Source: Adineta vaga (lineage: Eukaryota; Animalia; Rotifera). From it: a DNA stretch of 64,000 bases. Made by a program: the position numbers and the translations under genes. The stretch is from positions 16,988,001-17,052,000 of the forward strand of contig CP075492.1 in NCBI GenBank assembly GCA_021613535.1, written 5' to 3'. The notes under the pieces were generated by a model. That model saw nothing but the letters and a program-made list of their open reading frames with translations. It made no database searches and was not told the DNA's origin. Shown here one piece after another: positions 28,772 to 41,600 of this stretch (its first letter is position 1; each line of letters begins with the position of its first letter).

Positions 28772-29191
28772 AAGGATCTTTTCCCATTATAATATCAGCT
28801 TTACAATGTTACTCATGTTATGATGCTAACAATTATGCATGTGGTGATAATTTTAATTCATCTGCAACTAGTGTTCAAAGAGTAAGTTCTACTAGTGGAT
28901 ATTGTTGGGTAAACATAACTAGTACACTTATTCTTCTAACTCATCATATACAATGATCTTTAGAGAATAATGGGCGAAACAAAAGGCCAACGTGTTGGCG
29001 ATCTAATGCAAATTTTACATCTTCCTGTAACATGTCCAACTATGAATATGTGTAAGACAAGTGAGCAATTTAGCATAAAAGGTACAATTTGTTGTTGTCA
29101 GAATAAAGACTTTTGCAATACAGCCTCATCAATTTCAATTACATTTTGTGTTCTTTTCCTTGGTATATTCTTTACTTGGATTTTTACATAA
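28772..29191 (+). CDS. Ly6/three-finger (quiver/sleepless-like) probable GPI-anchored protein; 5' end uncertain
   Basis: ALQCYSCYDANNYACGDNF, an intron, then CCCQNKDFCN and a hydrophobic C-terminal tail. Confidence 0.7.
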
Positions 29192-29569
29192 AAATATTAA
29201 AATCATCATCTATTCTTTTTTTCTTTTACCATAATAAACATAGTAAAAAATACAAATTTATTTTGAAAGTATGAGTATCATTGTCATTTTCACTCACATT
29301 TTAATAATCAATTTTACGATAAGACAGGTATATCTCATTTAATAATCCTATATCATTTTGAACGAGTTAATACGCAAATCAAATATGATTGAGTTTCATC
29401 AATAGAGAATAAAATATCTGACGCAGTAATACTTTTATCAACATATTTTATTCATAACGACGCAAACAATGAAATTTTTCAAAAGAAAAAAACTGATCGA
29501 TAGACTTTACATTGACATCTTTATTATCAATTATATAGTGTATCATTTTCAGGAAATGACTTTGTTTCA

Positions 29570-31206
29570 TAGTCAAGAAACAGTTCGATATCGTTACATT
29601 TAACAACATCATTATACGATCTTTTTTGAGTTAAATTTATAATCTCATATGCAAGAATTTTTCCTTTTTTTATTTCTTCCATTCACCTGAATATTAATTC
29701 CATTAGACATACATGCTCATATCATAGCTCGACAATATTTCCATAAAGTTGAATTCCATAAAGACGTTAAATTTATTATTTGAGACATAATACTTTCAGA
29801 TGTATTCGCTTGTGAAACAAAACGATCGTTACTTGAGTTTTCATCCATTGTTATACAACTAATATTACTTTTTTGGATATTCTAATATATAATAGTAGAC
29901 ATATTACAATCAGCATATTCATTTTTGATTAAGTTAGGATCGCGCCCCAGTGAACCATCAGGAAATTGTACATCTTGAATGGGACGTGCATTTTCTAGTT
30001 GACTTTTCGTAATTGATGTGTTCCTAAAATCTGCCTGACGTAAATTAGTGAAAGAAAAATTGACATTAGTTAAGTTAGCATTTAGAAAAGTAGCTCCTCT
30101 CGCATTTGCATGATTAAAGCTGATTTTTACACATCTAGTACGAATAAAATCAGTATAAAACAGATTCGCATACTGAGAATTAGCTGAATCTAAGAGAAAA
30201 AAAAATGAAAAATCAACATCATCCAATATACTAAACGAGAAGTCACTATCTGATAGTTTGGTAGAAGAAAAATCTACTTCTTCCAAATCACTTTTCAACC
30301 AATCGGTATCTAAAATTATATTCGATGATAAATCAACATTAGAGAGATCTCGCAACGAAAAACTTGTATTGTGTATATCTTTCGGCACCATAAAAATGGC
30401 TGTCAGTAAGTTCAATACGAAAAAAATCGACATGATCTATAATCCGGTGTTTGAAAAATCTATCTCTACCAATTCAACGTCACAAAACATAGTATATTCC
30501 ATTATACTATCAGAAAAGTCAGCAGATAAGAATGTCGAAGATGTAAAATTTATGTGTTCAAGAACAACATTCGTAAAAGAAACATTGCCAAAATGACATT
30601 CAATGAAATCGATATGACTAAATTTCGTTTTGTCAAATGTACAATTTTCAAAAATAACTACACTCAATGAGAGATTAATTGGATCTTCTGAACTAATAAA
30701 AGCAGAAAAATTCAAATCAATTAATTTTGCTGTTGAAATATCTAATGCATAATGTGTTGTTGAATAGGATAATTATTTTGATTCATAAAGAAAACGAATA
30801 AGGAGCACGTTACGTGGTCCATCAAGTTGTCGTATTGCATTAAGAGTTTTAACTCGTGCAACTATACTTGTTACGACATCAGTTGTTAATGAACCATTAT
30901 GTTTTTCGAAAAGTTCACCAATTTCTTTGATATGAGTGAAAAGTACTTCATCTTTGCATCATGTTGCATGGTTAAAACATAAAGTTCTTGTGCACGTTGA
31001 AGTTGAGATTCATTTCAATCTTCTAATCGTTGTTTTTCAGCAGTTGATTGTTGAGTAAAAGTAATGATAACAGTAAATACACCTAACATCAATGGTAGAA
31101 TTAATGAGGAAAGAAATTCCAATAATTTCAAAACTTTTAGACCACAACATTTTTGAGAACTTTCTGGATATTCTTCTGTTTGTGTTGTTTTGTTTTCAAT
31201 TTCCAT
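29570..31206 (-). pseudogene. Pentapeptide-repeat protein with an N-terminal TM segment, frameshifted
   Basis: ANARGATFLNANLTNVNFSFTNLRQADFRN repeats spread over several frames with stops; TM LSSLILPLMLGVFTVIIT. Confidence 0.75.
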
Positions 31207-31473
31207 ATCGATTTTATTGAATAAATGTTTCTGTATTTGCTGCAACTAGATAGATTTCATTTATGAGTTATCAAAATATTTAATCTGATAAAACATCAAT
31301 ATGAACATATCTATATTATCGAATGTCTAGAAAAACTTTGATTGATAGATTAAATGAATTGAACTAATAAATCAAAGAAAACAATACAAATCTGTGAGGA
31401 AAATAAAATTTATTTAGAAAAGAAAACGGCAATTCAATTTATAAATGAATAGTTATATCAAATCGTTATGTCT

Positions 31474-31695
31474 TTAATGTAGTACGGCTCTTTGTTCTCG
31501 TCCTACCCAATTTGATGTACCAGTTCCAGCTTGTTGTACTAATTGAAACGTATGATAAGGATGTAATGTCGATGCATGTAATACACATTGATCACATAAA
31601 TCATATGTATTTAATCCTCGACAATGTTGACATTGATATCGAGTTATACCATTTTGTCTTCCACAACCATCACAAAACCATGGAGCAATTAACAT
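31474..31695 (-). CDS. Small stand-alone ZZ-type zinc-finger protein (73 aa)
   Basis: CDGC..RYQCQHC..YDLCDQC..HPYHTF. Confidence 0.8.
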   Translation of the reverse strand: MLIAPWFCDGCGRQNGITRYQCQHCRGLNTYDLCDQCVLHASTLHPYHTFQLVQQAGTGTSNWVGREQRAVLH

Positions 31696-31987
31696 GATGA
31701 AATATACGAAATAACAAAAAAAATCAAATGATACATTTATTTCTTAAATAAATCAAGCATGACTTATTCACGTCGTAACTAACGAATAGAAAGAAATGAA
31801 AATATATTCGAATAAATAGATAGCGTTAATATTATGACTCAACCGCATTTTAAGGACACCATCATATTCAAAACACACAATCAGCGTGAGGGTAAAAGAT
31901 GAGAGTGTCACTAAAGTGGAGTTGTACATTTGATTATATAGGTCTACAGGATTAGAGATAAAATATTCTTTTATTACTTTAACAAGT

Positions 31988-32240
31988 TTATAAATAAAGA
32001 CTTAAACTGTCTGTTCCATTGTTAATCACAACAATATCCATTTTCCCATCATGACTAAAATCAGCAAGAGCCAGGGAAGATGAATGTGATCCATGTGGCA
32101 TTTGAAAAGAATATTATATTATCAAATGTTCCATCATTATGACCAAGAAAAACATCAAATTTATTATTACTATAATTAATGACGATTATATCGAGTTTAT
32201 TATAATTATTTACATATTCAACAACAACAGAATAGGGAGA
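31988..32240 (-). pseudogene. FG-GAP/VCBS-repeat gene 3' remnant
   Basis: SPYSVVVEYVNNYNKLDIIVINY..VFLGHNDGTF / SLALADFSHDGKMDIVVINNGTDSLSLYL*, frameshifted and truncated at a hairpin. Confidence 0.7.
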
Positions 32241-32914
32241 TTAAGGGTGTGGGTGGATGTAGGTGTTAGATAGATGTAGTACCCACACCCTCAGGACGGT
32301 CTGATCATCAAGCACCATGTGCTTATATAAATGATGATTTATCAGATGTATTTGCTATATTACCACGTCATCCATGTGGATCACGTGCAAGTTATTCGGA
32401 ATGTGCCATTAGAACTGTACTTGTTAAAGAAAATATGGCCATTTGTTTTTAAAATTAGGCGATCAGTTCAATTCTGTAAGGCTAAGGAATGGAATTGTTG
32501 TAATACTTTATGCTAATTTATATTGAGCTTTTGTTTTCTTTTATTTAATTATTTTCTATGAATTATCTCATATATTCAACACAATGGAAACTATCGGTGA
32601 ATAAAATTAATCTGATTGAATGCATAGAGTAAGGTAAAAATGCTTACCCTGTACATGTCTAATCTTCATCCACCCTTGAGATATAACTTTTCAAGTTCCA
32701 TAAAATGATGTACTTCGTTTTCCAAATAATTAACTGGGAAAAACTAACATTGAATCTTAAGTTATACGAAAGATTGCATGATTAATGTTAATAATTCTTT
32801 TGTTTACTGATAAAATAGAAGTGTTGCATGATTAATTACTTCCAGCTTTATGAAAATAATGTCGACAGAAATATTCATTCGATTTCTTCAGTGTTTTTTT
32901 TTGTAAGAAAAAAA

Positions 32915-34627
32915 ATGGCAGCAGCAGAAAATGTCTTATGTGATATTGAAGATGATGAAGATACAAATAATTCACGTTATTTTAATATTCCTTACGTTGA
33001 TAATGACGATAAACAATATTTCTCAACAATTTTCAATTCACCATTATTAATAATCGAAGAAACTATCAAACCATTTGAACATTTAATTGATGATGTTGCT
33101 ACAAAACTTTATTTAATTAAAAAACAATTAATTATTAATGATTTTACTGAATTAACATTAGATGAATTATCATCGATTCATTTATATCTTTGGGAACGAT
33201 CACCATTTACAACATCTATTCATTATCTTATTAATGAAACAATTCGTCGTGGATCTTTTGAAGAATTTCAATTATGGCATCCATATTTAAATTTCTTATT
33301 AACATCTCTTAATAAATTATCATCAATAGAAAGTCATTCCATAGTTTATACTGGTGTTCGTTCATGTAATTTATCATCTCAATATAAAGATAATGAAATT
33401 TATACATGGTGGACATTTACTTCTTGTTTACGTTCAATTGATCAAATAAAATTACCTCAATATTTAGGTCAATATGGAATACGTACTTTATTTAAAATTG
33501 ATTGTTATAGTGGAAAACAAATTCCACTATCAGATGATGATGAAGTTCTCTTAATGCCAGGATTTCATTTTCAAGTTATTGGACAACTTCCTTTATTAGA
33601 TAATTTAACAACAATTTTCATTCGAGAAATTTCACCATCATCAAATGAATTGTTTCAATCGTCATCATCAGCGATGATGAAAATTGAATCAAGAGAAGAA
33701 ATTTTATCAACAAGATTAAAGAAAACAAAATCACGAAAAAGTTTTAAGAATGCAGCAAATCGTATAAGAAAAATGTCTCGAGCAATATCTTTATGTTCCA
33801 ATCATATACTTGATTTCTCGGGAAGAAAATGTTCAATTGATTTCTTAAAATTTACTTTAAATGAACGATTAACAAAAGATGTCACAATTCTTAATTTATC
33901 AAAAACAAATTTAACAAAAGAAAAAATGAAAATTATTGCTCAAATTTTACAAACAAATTCCACTCTTATGGAACTTAATTTAAGTTATAATTCATTTGGA
34001 AATTTTGCTTGTTCACTTCTTACACAAGCATTACAAAATAATAAAAATTTAAGGACATTAAATTTATATAATACAAAATTATCTTCCGATGCTGCACAAT
34101 ATTTATCAACAATCTTAACATTGAATCATCATTTACAATCGTTACATTTAGGTGTTAATACACTTAGTAATTTAGGAATGAAATATTTATTTAATGATCA
34201 TATTAAATTACAATATTTAAATATATCTTGTAATAGAATTAATCAACATGGTTGTATTTATTTGGCTGAATTTTTAGAACAAAATCAAACGTTAAAACAA
34301 TTAGATATTGGTGGAAATCCAATTGAAGATAATGGAATTAAAATACTTTTCAATGGTTTAATTAATAATAAAACATTAATTGATTTACGGATGTGGCATT
34401 GTCAAATAACTAATTTTCAAATTATATCTAATCTATTAAAATCACATTTAACATTGAAACAATTAGATTTAGAAGGAAATCAAATAACAGATGAATATGA
34501 TCAATTGTTAATATCATTGATACAAAATAACAAAACATTAGAAAAACTTAATATGTCTCATAATAGAATTTCGGACAAATTAAAAGAAACACTGCAACAA
34601 TTGACAAACACTTCGCTTGTAATTTGA
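32915..34627 (+). CDS. ART-like domain (degenerate) fused to RNI-like leucine-rich repeats
   Basis: VYTGV, WWTFTSC, RTLFKIDC, DDDEVLLMPG; about 10 LxxLxLxxNxI repeats. Confidence 0.85.
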   Translation: MAAAENVLCDIEDDEDTNNSRYFNIPYVDNDDKQYFSTIFNSPLLIIEETIKPFEHLIDDVATKLYLIKKQLIINDFTELTLDELSSIHLYLWERSPFTTSIHYLINETIRRGSFEEFQLWHPYLNFLLTSLNKLSSIESHSIVYTGVRSCNLSSQYKDNEIYTWWTFTSCLRSIDQIKLPQYLGQYGIRTLFKIDCYSGKQIPLSDDDEVLLMPGFHFQVIGQLPLLDNLTTIFIREISPSSNELFQSSSSAMMKIESREEILSTRLKKTKSRKSFKNAANRIRKMSRAISLCSNHILDFSGRKCSIDFLKFTLNERLTKDVTILNLSKTNLTKEKMKIIAQILQTNSTLMELNLSYNSFGNFACSLLTQALQNNKNLRTLNLYNTKLSSDAAQYLSTILTLNHHLQSLHLGVNTLSNLGMKYLFNDHIKLQYLNISCNRINQHGCIYLAEFLEQNQTLKQLDIGGNPIEDNGIKILFNGLINNKTLIDLRMWHCQITNFQIISNLLKSHLTLKQLDLEGNQITDEYDQLLISLIQNNKTLEKLNMSHNRISDKLKETLQQLTNTSLVI

Positions 34628-34961
34628 AAATAATTGGTACATTTTTAGATTTGACGGAGTACTTTTTGCTGAACTTGAACCTCTGTATAATGAAGATTTT
34701 TCTGAAGTCAAACAGTGTCCATAAGTGAATTTGACTATATTTTAACGATTACACATTCCTTCGAAAACAAAAATTCATGCTAAGAGAAGTTAGCGTTCGA
34801 TATTCATTTGTTAATGATATTCTTGAGGGTGTGGTGTGGGTGATGAAAGAGAAGACACCCACACCCACAATATACAGGAAATGACTGATAATTCATAGAG
34901 CTTCATCATAACAAAGATGAAAATTTTTTCTTGGATTTATTTTCAATGAAACATTTTCGAT

Positions 34962-35960
34962 TTATTGACAACACAACATTGAATAAAAAACTTTTTGTTT
35001 GATTGTTAAAAAAACTTTCAAAAGTGCTTTTCGAAATATTTCTCCACCAAATAAAGTGTAAATATAAAATGGTATTCCATTTGCCAAAAAGTTCAATAGT
35101 AAAACAAAACTATACACAAAATTATCGATCACTGTTTGTAGTTGAGGTGTTGGTCGATTAATCGTTATTGTTGCATATAATTTTTGTACACCCAATGGAA
35201 GACCAAATACAACCAGAAGTAAGATTTGTGCAAGTAACATCATCATTAAACGATAATCCGATTTACTTAAACTAGGTCTTTGTCTTTCTCCAGTTGATAT
35301 TTGATTCGTTTCCATGGATAAATCTCTTGCTTGAACTTTCATTCTTGATCTTCGTATATTTCGAATGGTCATCAAACCAAATATGAACATGAATACTATA
35401 GGAATGAAAGTACTGCCAAATGTAAATGATATATCCGTAACAAGACGACATGTTACTGTTACTCCATAACATTTCAATGGTGCATCCATAAGATTGGGTT
35501 CATAACAATAAAGAATATGAGAAAAGAGAATTATTGATAAGATTGTTATAATAATCATATTTCGTTTCGCATTTTTCAATGTACTCATTTGTCGATAATT
35601 AGCATTGGGATTGGATAATAACCATCGATCAATAGCTGCTAAAAGAATCAACCAAAATGCAATTGGTCTTGCGACGTTGAGAATAAAAGCTCGAAGTTTA
35701 CAAAGAGATCGATCTGTATTTGTTAAATCGACAATCCATCCGGAAAACATTCGTGAAGTGAGACCAGATAAAATTGCAATTAAATTTGCAAAGGATGAAA
35801 AAAGAAAAAGAACTGCACATGGATTTGAACGAAATATTTGTTGGGATAAAACACAAATATTCAAAAGATTTCCAATTGTTCCAAAGAGAAAGATTACAAT
35901 GGAAAAATAACGATTCATTTGAATTGAAAGATTATTGATATAATCTGCAGTAGAGGACAT
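34962..35960 (-). CDS. Class A orphan GPCR
   Basis: GTIGNLLN, LCKLR, AAIDRW, PFYIYTL.G..FR; seven TM segments. Confidence 0.92.
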   Translation of the reverse strand: MSSTADYINNLSIQMNRYFSIVIFLFGTIGNLLNICVLSQQIFRSNPCAVLFLFSSFANLIAILSGLTSRMFSGWIVDLTNTDRSLCKLRAFILNVARPIAFWLILLAAIDRWLLSNPNANYRQMSTLKNAKRNMIIITILSIILFSHILYCYEPNLMDAPLKCYGVTVTCRLVTDISFTFGSTFIPIVFMFIFGLMTIRNIRRSRMKVQARDLSMETNQISTGERQRPSLSKSDYRLMMMLLAQILLLVVFGLPLGVQKLYATITINRPTPQLQTVIDNFVYSFVLLLNFLANGIPFYIYTLFGGEIFRKALLKVFLTIKQKVFYSMLCCQ

Positions 35961-38612
35961 CTCAAAAATGTTTTACCACTTTGAATATTCAATTTTTTAT
36001 GTTGAATGTATAAGATAAAAATCGTGTTACTTATATCTCTTTTTTTTCTCCTATGAAAGAAGAAAACAGATTATAGTGAGATGAAAATTGTCAGTTTTTC
36101 TTAAGAAGATTATTATGTTGAAATGACGTAGGGTCATAAAAACGCTTGTCCCCTCAGAGAAATAATGAGGTGTTACATGATTTTCATAGAAAAAGAACAA
36201 ACTAGTTCTACTTCTCTTAAAAATTCAAAAGAGAATAGATTAGTTTTTTTTTAACTAAAAAAACTTGTGAAAAGATCGTTTGTTTAAGTTATAGTTTTTT
36301 CTTTGTATCTCTTAATACGTCATTCATCAATGAGATTTATTTTGTTATTTATCGTAAAAAAGTACAAATTACTTCTCAATTTGAACTTTATCCTTATTAA
36401 GATACTTTCTTTTCATCAAAAATCTTTATATCCAACTGAATGTCAAACTAGGTTGATTAGTATTACCGCCTACTTCGTGTTTCACATTTCATTTATGATT
36501 TTAATCTTGGTAAAGAAAAGATCTCACTCATCTAATTACAGTGATATGAAATTTTGTTGATCGAAAGAATAGACATACGTCGTTATTCTCTGAAGTTTTA
36601 TTTAATGGATATTTCAAAATATGATAAAATTCTTGTGCTCATCAATGTAAATGATCTCTTGGAACAACTTGAAATCGTTGAATTCGATGATTGAAAGTGT
36701 CAGCAAATATACATGACTTTTGTTTTTTTTATATATAAATCCCCGACTGTTTATTCAGAGAAAATGAATTATTTTCTTCTACAATGTACATATTTCCAGC
36801 AGTACCTTTAATACCTGCAGCGACAGTTGGTTCAGGAGATATAATTTGCATATTAGTGATCTTTACAACACAATGATTAGGATGAATCGCTGCATTATAC
36901 GGCATATTAAAAGACATTCCATCTGTCGAATTCTGTGCAACAGAATTAATAACAATAATTGAATCGTTTCATGTTCGATTAAGAAAAATCCCGTAAGCAA
37001 AATTGATTACATTCTTTACACTATTGACTACTTTTGTCGTACTACTCGCAATTGTTGTACCTCTTAATAATGAAAACGCTCAAAGAATTCAAAAAGAAAA
37101 TGAAAATCAACTATAGAAGAAGAAAAACTGACGTCGACATTCATTTAATACAAATGTATCGATATCAAAGACTCGACAAAGAATATTTTTACTACATAAA
37201 ATTGAACAAGCTTTTAATGAACTTATTTGTTGAATAGATTCTGATAAAATTGATGACTCTTGCTGGAAGCAACTTAGGATATATTATACCTAACTATTAT
37301 ACTCCGAACTAAAAAGCTTTTTGACACCTTCGGTGGTTCCCTCGTTAGACAGTGATAACGATTTTGTCTGGTTTTTTTTCAAGTTTCGAGACCTGTCCGA
37401 AATTGGTACTGAAAGTCAATACTCAATCAGCTTTCATAGAAAATACAATTACAATGCTTTATCTTGTCAGAAATAATGAGTTTTTTAGTAAACTCTTTGA
37501 CGCACTGTGATTTCTCCATATGCTACTTTATTTTTATGTTACGCTCAAAAAATGAAACAGCGGATATGCGTTAAAGAGAAAGCAACAGTTTAGTCAACAA
37601 ATTAGCGATGGAAGTGCGTGATAAATACGTAATGAGATAAAACTATCAGTTGTATGTAAGATTTTTGTCAAGCGCGAGAAACAAGAGAATGATCCGCTTC
37701 AAAATATTACATTTATCATCTCAGGAAACGTCGACTGCGTTTTCCAAATGTATTGTTATTTCAGTTTTGCATAGCTGTATATTGTGATGCTTGTCCTTCT
37801 TTGACCAGTTCACTTTACCTAACATGATGAGAATAACACAAACAAGTTCTTATATAATCTCAGAACTGAACTAGTTGACCACTCAAAAGACTCTTTTGCA
37901 TATTTACAGAAGTAGTCCCGCAGAGGCCTCTAGAACATCAGACACGTTGCTCATCTTACAGAGACCTATAATACTGGGGGGGGGGGGAGAGATTTTTAGT
38001 ATATACAGTCGCGTTGGCTTCGCCAGCATTGATTATGTGTTCTTTATGTTTCCATTTTGTGAAGATATGACATAGGAAAAATAGCAAACTTTTCTATACT
38101 TTTGCATTCTTCATCTTGCGTGTAAAACGATGTAGAATGGGATTTATTTCTTTGTCATAAAATGTCATATTATCTATCTATCTACATATCTGACTATTCT
38201 CGGACAGATGCTAGTATTTAACTAGAATGACGTATGTAAAAAAAACAGTTCTACCATTTGTCCAAAAAGAGTAAGCTTTATTTCCAAAGTGATATTTTCA
38301 CGTTTTCAGCCCTACGTCTGAATAACAAGACAGTTTCTCGAACTTTGGGAACTTGAGAATATGTGACTGTGCTGCAGATTGATGGAAAAAAAGCTTCACA
38401 TCTTTCCAACACGTCAGCATTCATACTTTTCGGTGATTAGTTTACAAGTAGAATTCTTTGCAATTTGAGAAATAAAAATTGTTGACCTGAACGTCTCTTT
38501 TCTGCTAGAAGTATTTTTCTTATTGATTAAAATATTGTCAAACTTTTAGATCGTATTTCATAAACCCATCTGTCAATTTGAAAGACTCGACATTTTTATT
38601 GAAGAAATCAAG

Positions 38613-41600
38613 ATGCAATGTATCACATTAGTTTTGAGAAAAATTAAGAATGTTGCTGAATGGAATGCTTTCAAAGATGCTGCCTGCCGTACGGATCCAT
38701 TTCATTTGCGCACCGCAATCATTTCAACTCGTGTCTATGTTGCTCTTCTATCAATCTCTGTCATCATTATTGCCACGTTCACCTTTTTAGACAGTCAAGC
38801 TCAAGTTAACACCATTCGAAATCCATCTCAAGCTACCTATGAAGCTTTGTTCGACAAAAATGCGACTTCACTATCATGTCCATGCAGACGGGCCACTGTT
38901 CCATACGGTAATTTTACTTGGACGATAGTCGATTACCATCCTGTATGTTCAAGTGTGTTCGTGTCCGATGATTGGATCAATGATCTGTTCAGTCCTGACG
39001 TTGGAAGTTTCTACCAAGGTGATTTTCGTTCATCGGCTAGTAATCTTTTTCAAGTACTTGCTTCGTTCTGTTCGCATGCCAAGAGGTCAGTACATGATGC
39101 ACTCGCTGATTTTCACTCGGAAATTCTTCTTACTACAGATGTTCTTTCATCAGATTCATTGAAAGATAAAGTTAAAGCAAAAAGTGATTTTGTACAAAAG
39201 TCAGTAATCAACAGTTTTGCCCGACTGTTTCAGATCGTGCGCAACAATACGCATGCTAATGGATTGAAGACGGCACTACAAACGTCAAAAATATTGCTCA
39301 AACAGAGCTTGCCCGAACATGGTTTTCGCCTTTTAGAATATAAGGTCTGGTTCATTAATGTCGACACAAGTCTATGCATGTGTGAATCATTGAGTAACTG
39401 CTTTGTGTCATCCGCATTCTTCGATATTTTCGCTAAGCCAGTCGAAACTGCGATTACACCGCTCAGCTTTAATATGCATTTGAAAGCTTTGATTGGATTT
39501 GTCGTGGGATGCGACCCAATTGAGTCACTATTGCGCTCAACCCTTGAGTGTTTATTCGACTGGTCATGTCTCGAGATTATACGTACATTTGTTCCATCTA
39601 GCAACATCAACAGCACCGATGTTCTTGACACGAATCAAACCAAGTTTGCTCCCAACATACTTATTGAAAAAATTATAAACAACTTATTCATTGAAAAGTG
39701 GAACACAGAACAGTCGTTCTCAAACTATTTTACACAATGTGCTCCTATTGTGTGCACATACACAGCGGTACAATATGATAATGCTTTATATGTATTAACC
39801 AAGCTATTGGGTCTATATGGTGGGGTGATTGCTGCTCTTCGTTTCTTTATTCCATTGATTATCGGTTGGTGGCGTAGAAGAAAAGTCATCAATTCGGCAG
39901 AACTCGATCGGAGTGAGTATTGCTATCTTGAGGGTATGGGTGTGGGTGTGAATGTGAAATGAATACAATAAGCAAGTCCATAAACCCACCACTCTCAAAC
40001 ATTCATAACATTGGTTGAAAAATCTAAAATTTTGAAAGGTTCTTTATATGAAGAATAACTAATTTTGTTGAAAACTTTAATAATAAAGTTTGACCTTCTA
40101 GGTGTTTCGTATACACAACGTTTTCAAGAGACATTACGATTTGTACGAGTCAATATGATTGAGTTGAATCTGTTCAAAACTCCAACGATGCGCACAGATT
40201 TGTTCGAACTTACTACTTTGAAAATCTCGACTCGGATCTATATCATTCTTTTGTGCATATCTATGTTTATTATAATTCTTTTCACATGGTTAAACGGACA
40301 TGTAAAAAATATGACAGAAAAAAATCCGTCACAAGTCACCTTTGAATACCTACAGAAAAAGTATCCAAGATCACTTCAATGTCCATGCAGTGAGATTACC
40401 ATTCCACATGGCTCATTTATATCAATGTTTCCTCAATTTCACCCGGTGTGCACGAGTTCGTTTATATCTGACAAATGGATCGACGCTTTATTCAGAGCGG
40501 GTACGGCTGATGTTCTCTCCATTACTACAGACATCTTTATAGTTGGACATAAATATTTTACTGCTCTGGCTGGTTTATGTAAACTGGTCCAAACGACTGT
40601 ATTTGATGCATCGTTCATTTTCAAGCAATCACTGTTAATTAGCGATCAAACATTATCAGATGCCGAATTCATAATTCGCACAAACCAGACATTCAATCAA
40701 TTCAAGTCAAACACTATATCTGAATTTAAAGGTGTTCTTGCAATGATTCAGTCATTGACAACGACTGTGTATACAGCAGGAGAAGGGGATGTCACATGGA
40801 ATCAGTCTTCTTGGATGAATAGCACAACAATGACCTATTTTCAATCAATACCAGTTCAAATAGGCAACTGCTCCTGTGCATTGACTGATGAATGTAAAGA
40901 GCCGTTAGTCATGTATAACTATACTAACTCAGCCAACCTTCTTCCACTCGGTATAGAATTCACTCTCCCTAGTATGTTTGTAGGTTGTTTCCCCATGCAA
41001 TCTCTTTTTCAATCATCACTCGAATGCATTTTTAATCAAACATGTTTGAATATTGTGCAAGTCAAAATGGAAATACTTCTCCTTGCGACTTTTAGCCCGC
41101 TGATTAATGTAACCATATTACAAATAAATTCTACGAAGTTTTCTCCTAGCACATCTGTTCAAGAACTAATTAGTGAAATGATGATCGAGAGCTGGAATGA
41201 TAATGTTTCCTACAATCAATATTATGCGCAATGTGCGCCAAAACATTGTTCTTACTTTATTACATCACGTAACAATGCACTCTATGTATTCACTACAATG
41301 ATTGGTTTGTTCGGTGGACTATCCGTTGCTCTTAAAATTCTCGTTCCGTTAATCGTTGGCTGGATACGAAATAAGATGCGTGTCAGAACCGAAACTATTA
41401 ATGTGACAAGTAAGTCGTCCGAAAATAATTCAAAGGGTGAGGATAAGTGAGTAGCACTGTGAGAATTAGTTCTATTCTTCTACTTAAAAAGTAAAATAAC
41501 ATCGAAATATTTGATAAAGAAACTGTCCAATGAAATGAACTCATGCTCGTATCTTATGACTACGTAGTACATATCAGAAGTTGCTTATTTTTTTTCAGAT

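Noticed and set aside
36660-36950. Protein-like fragment MSFNMPYNAAIHPNHC..
   Set aside because: Too short, and no family could be assigned.
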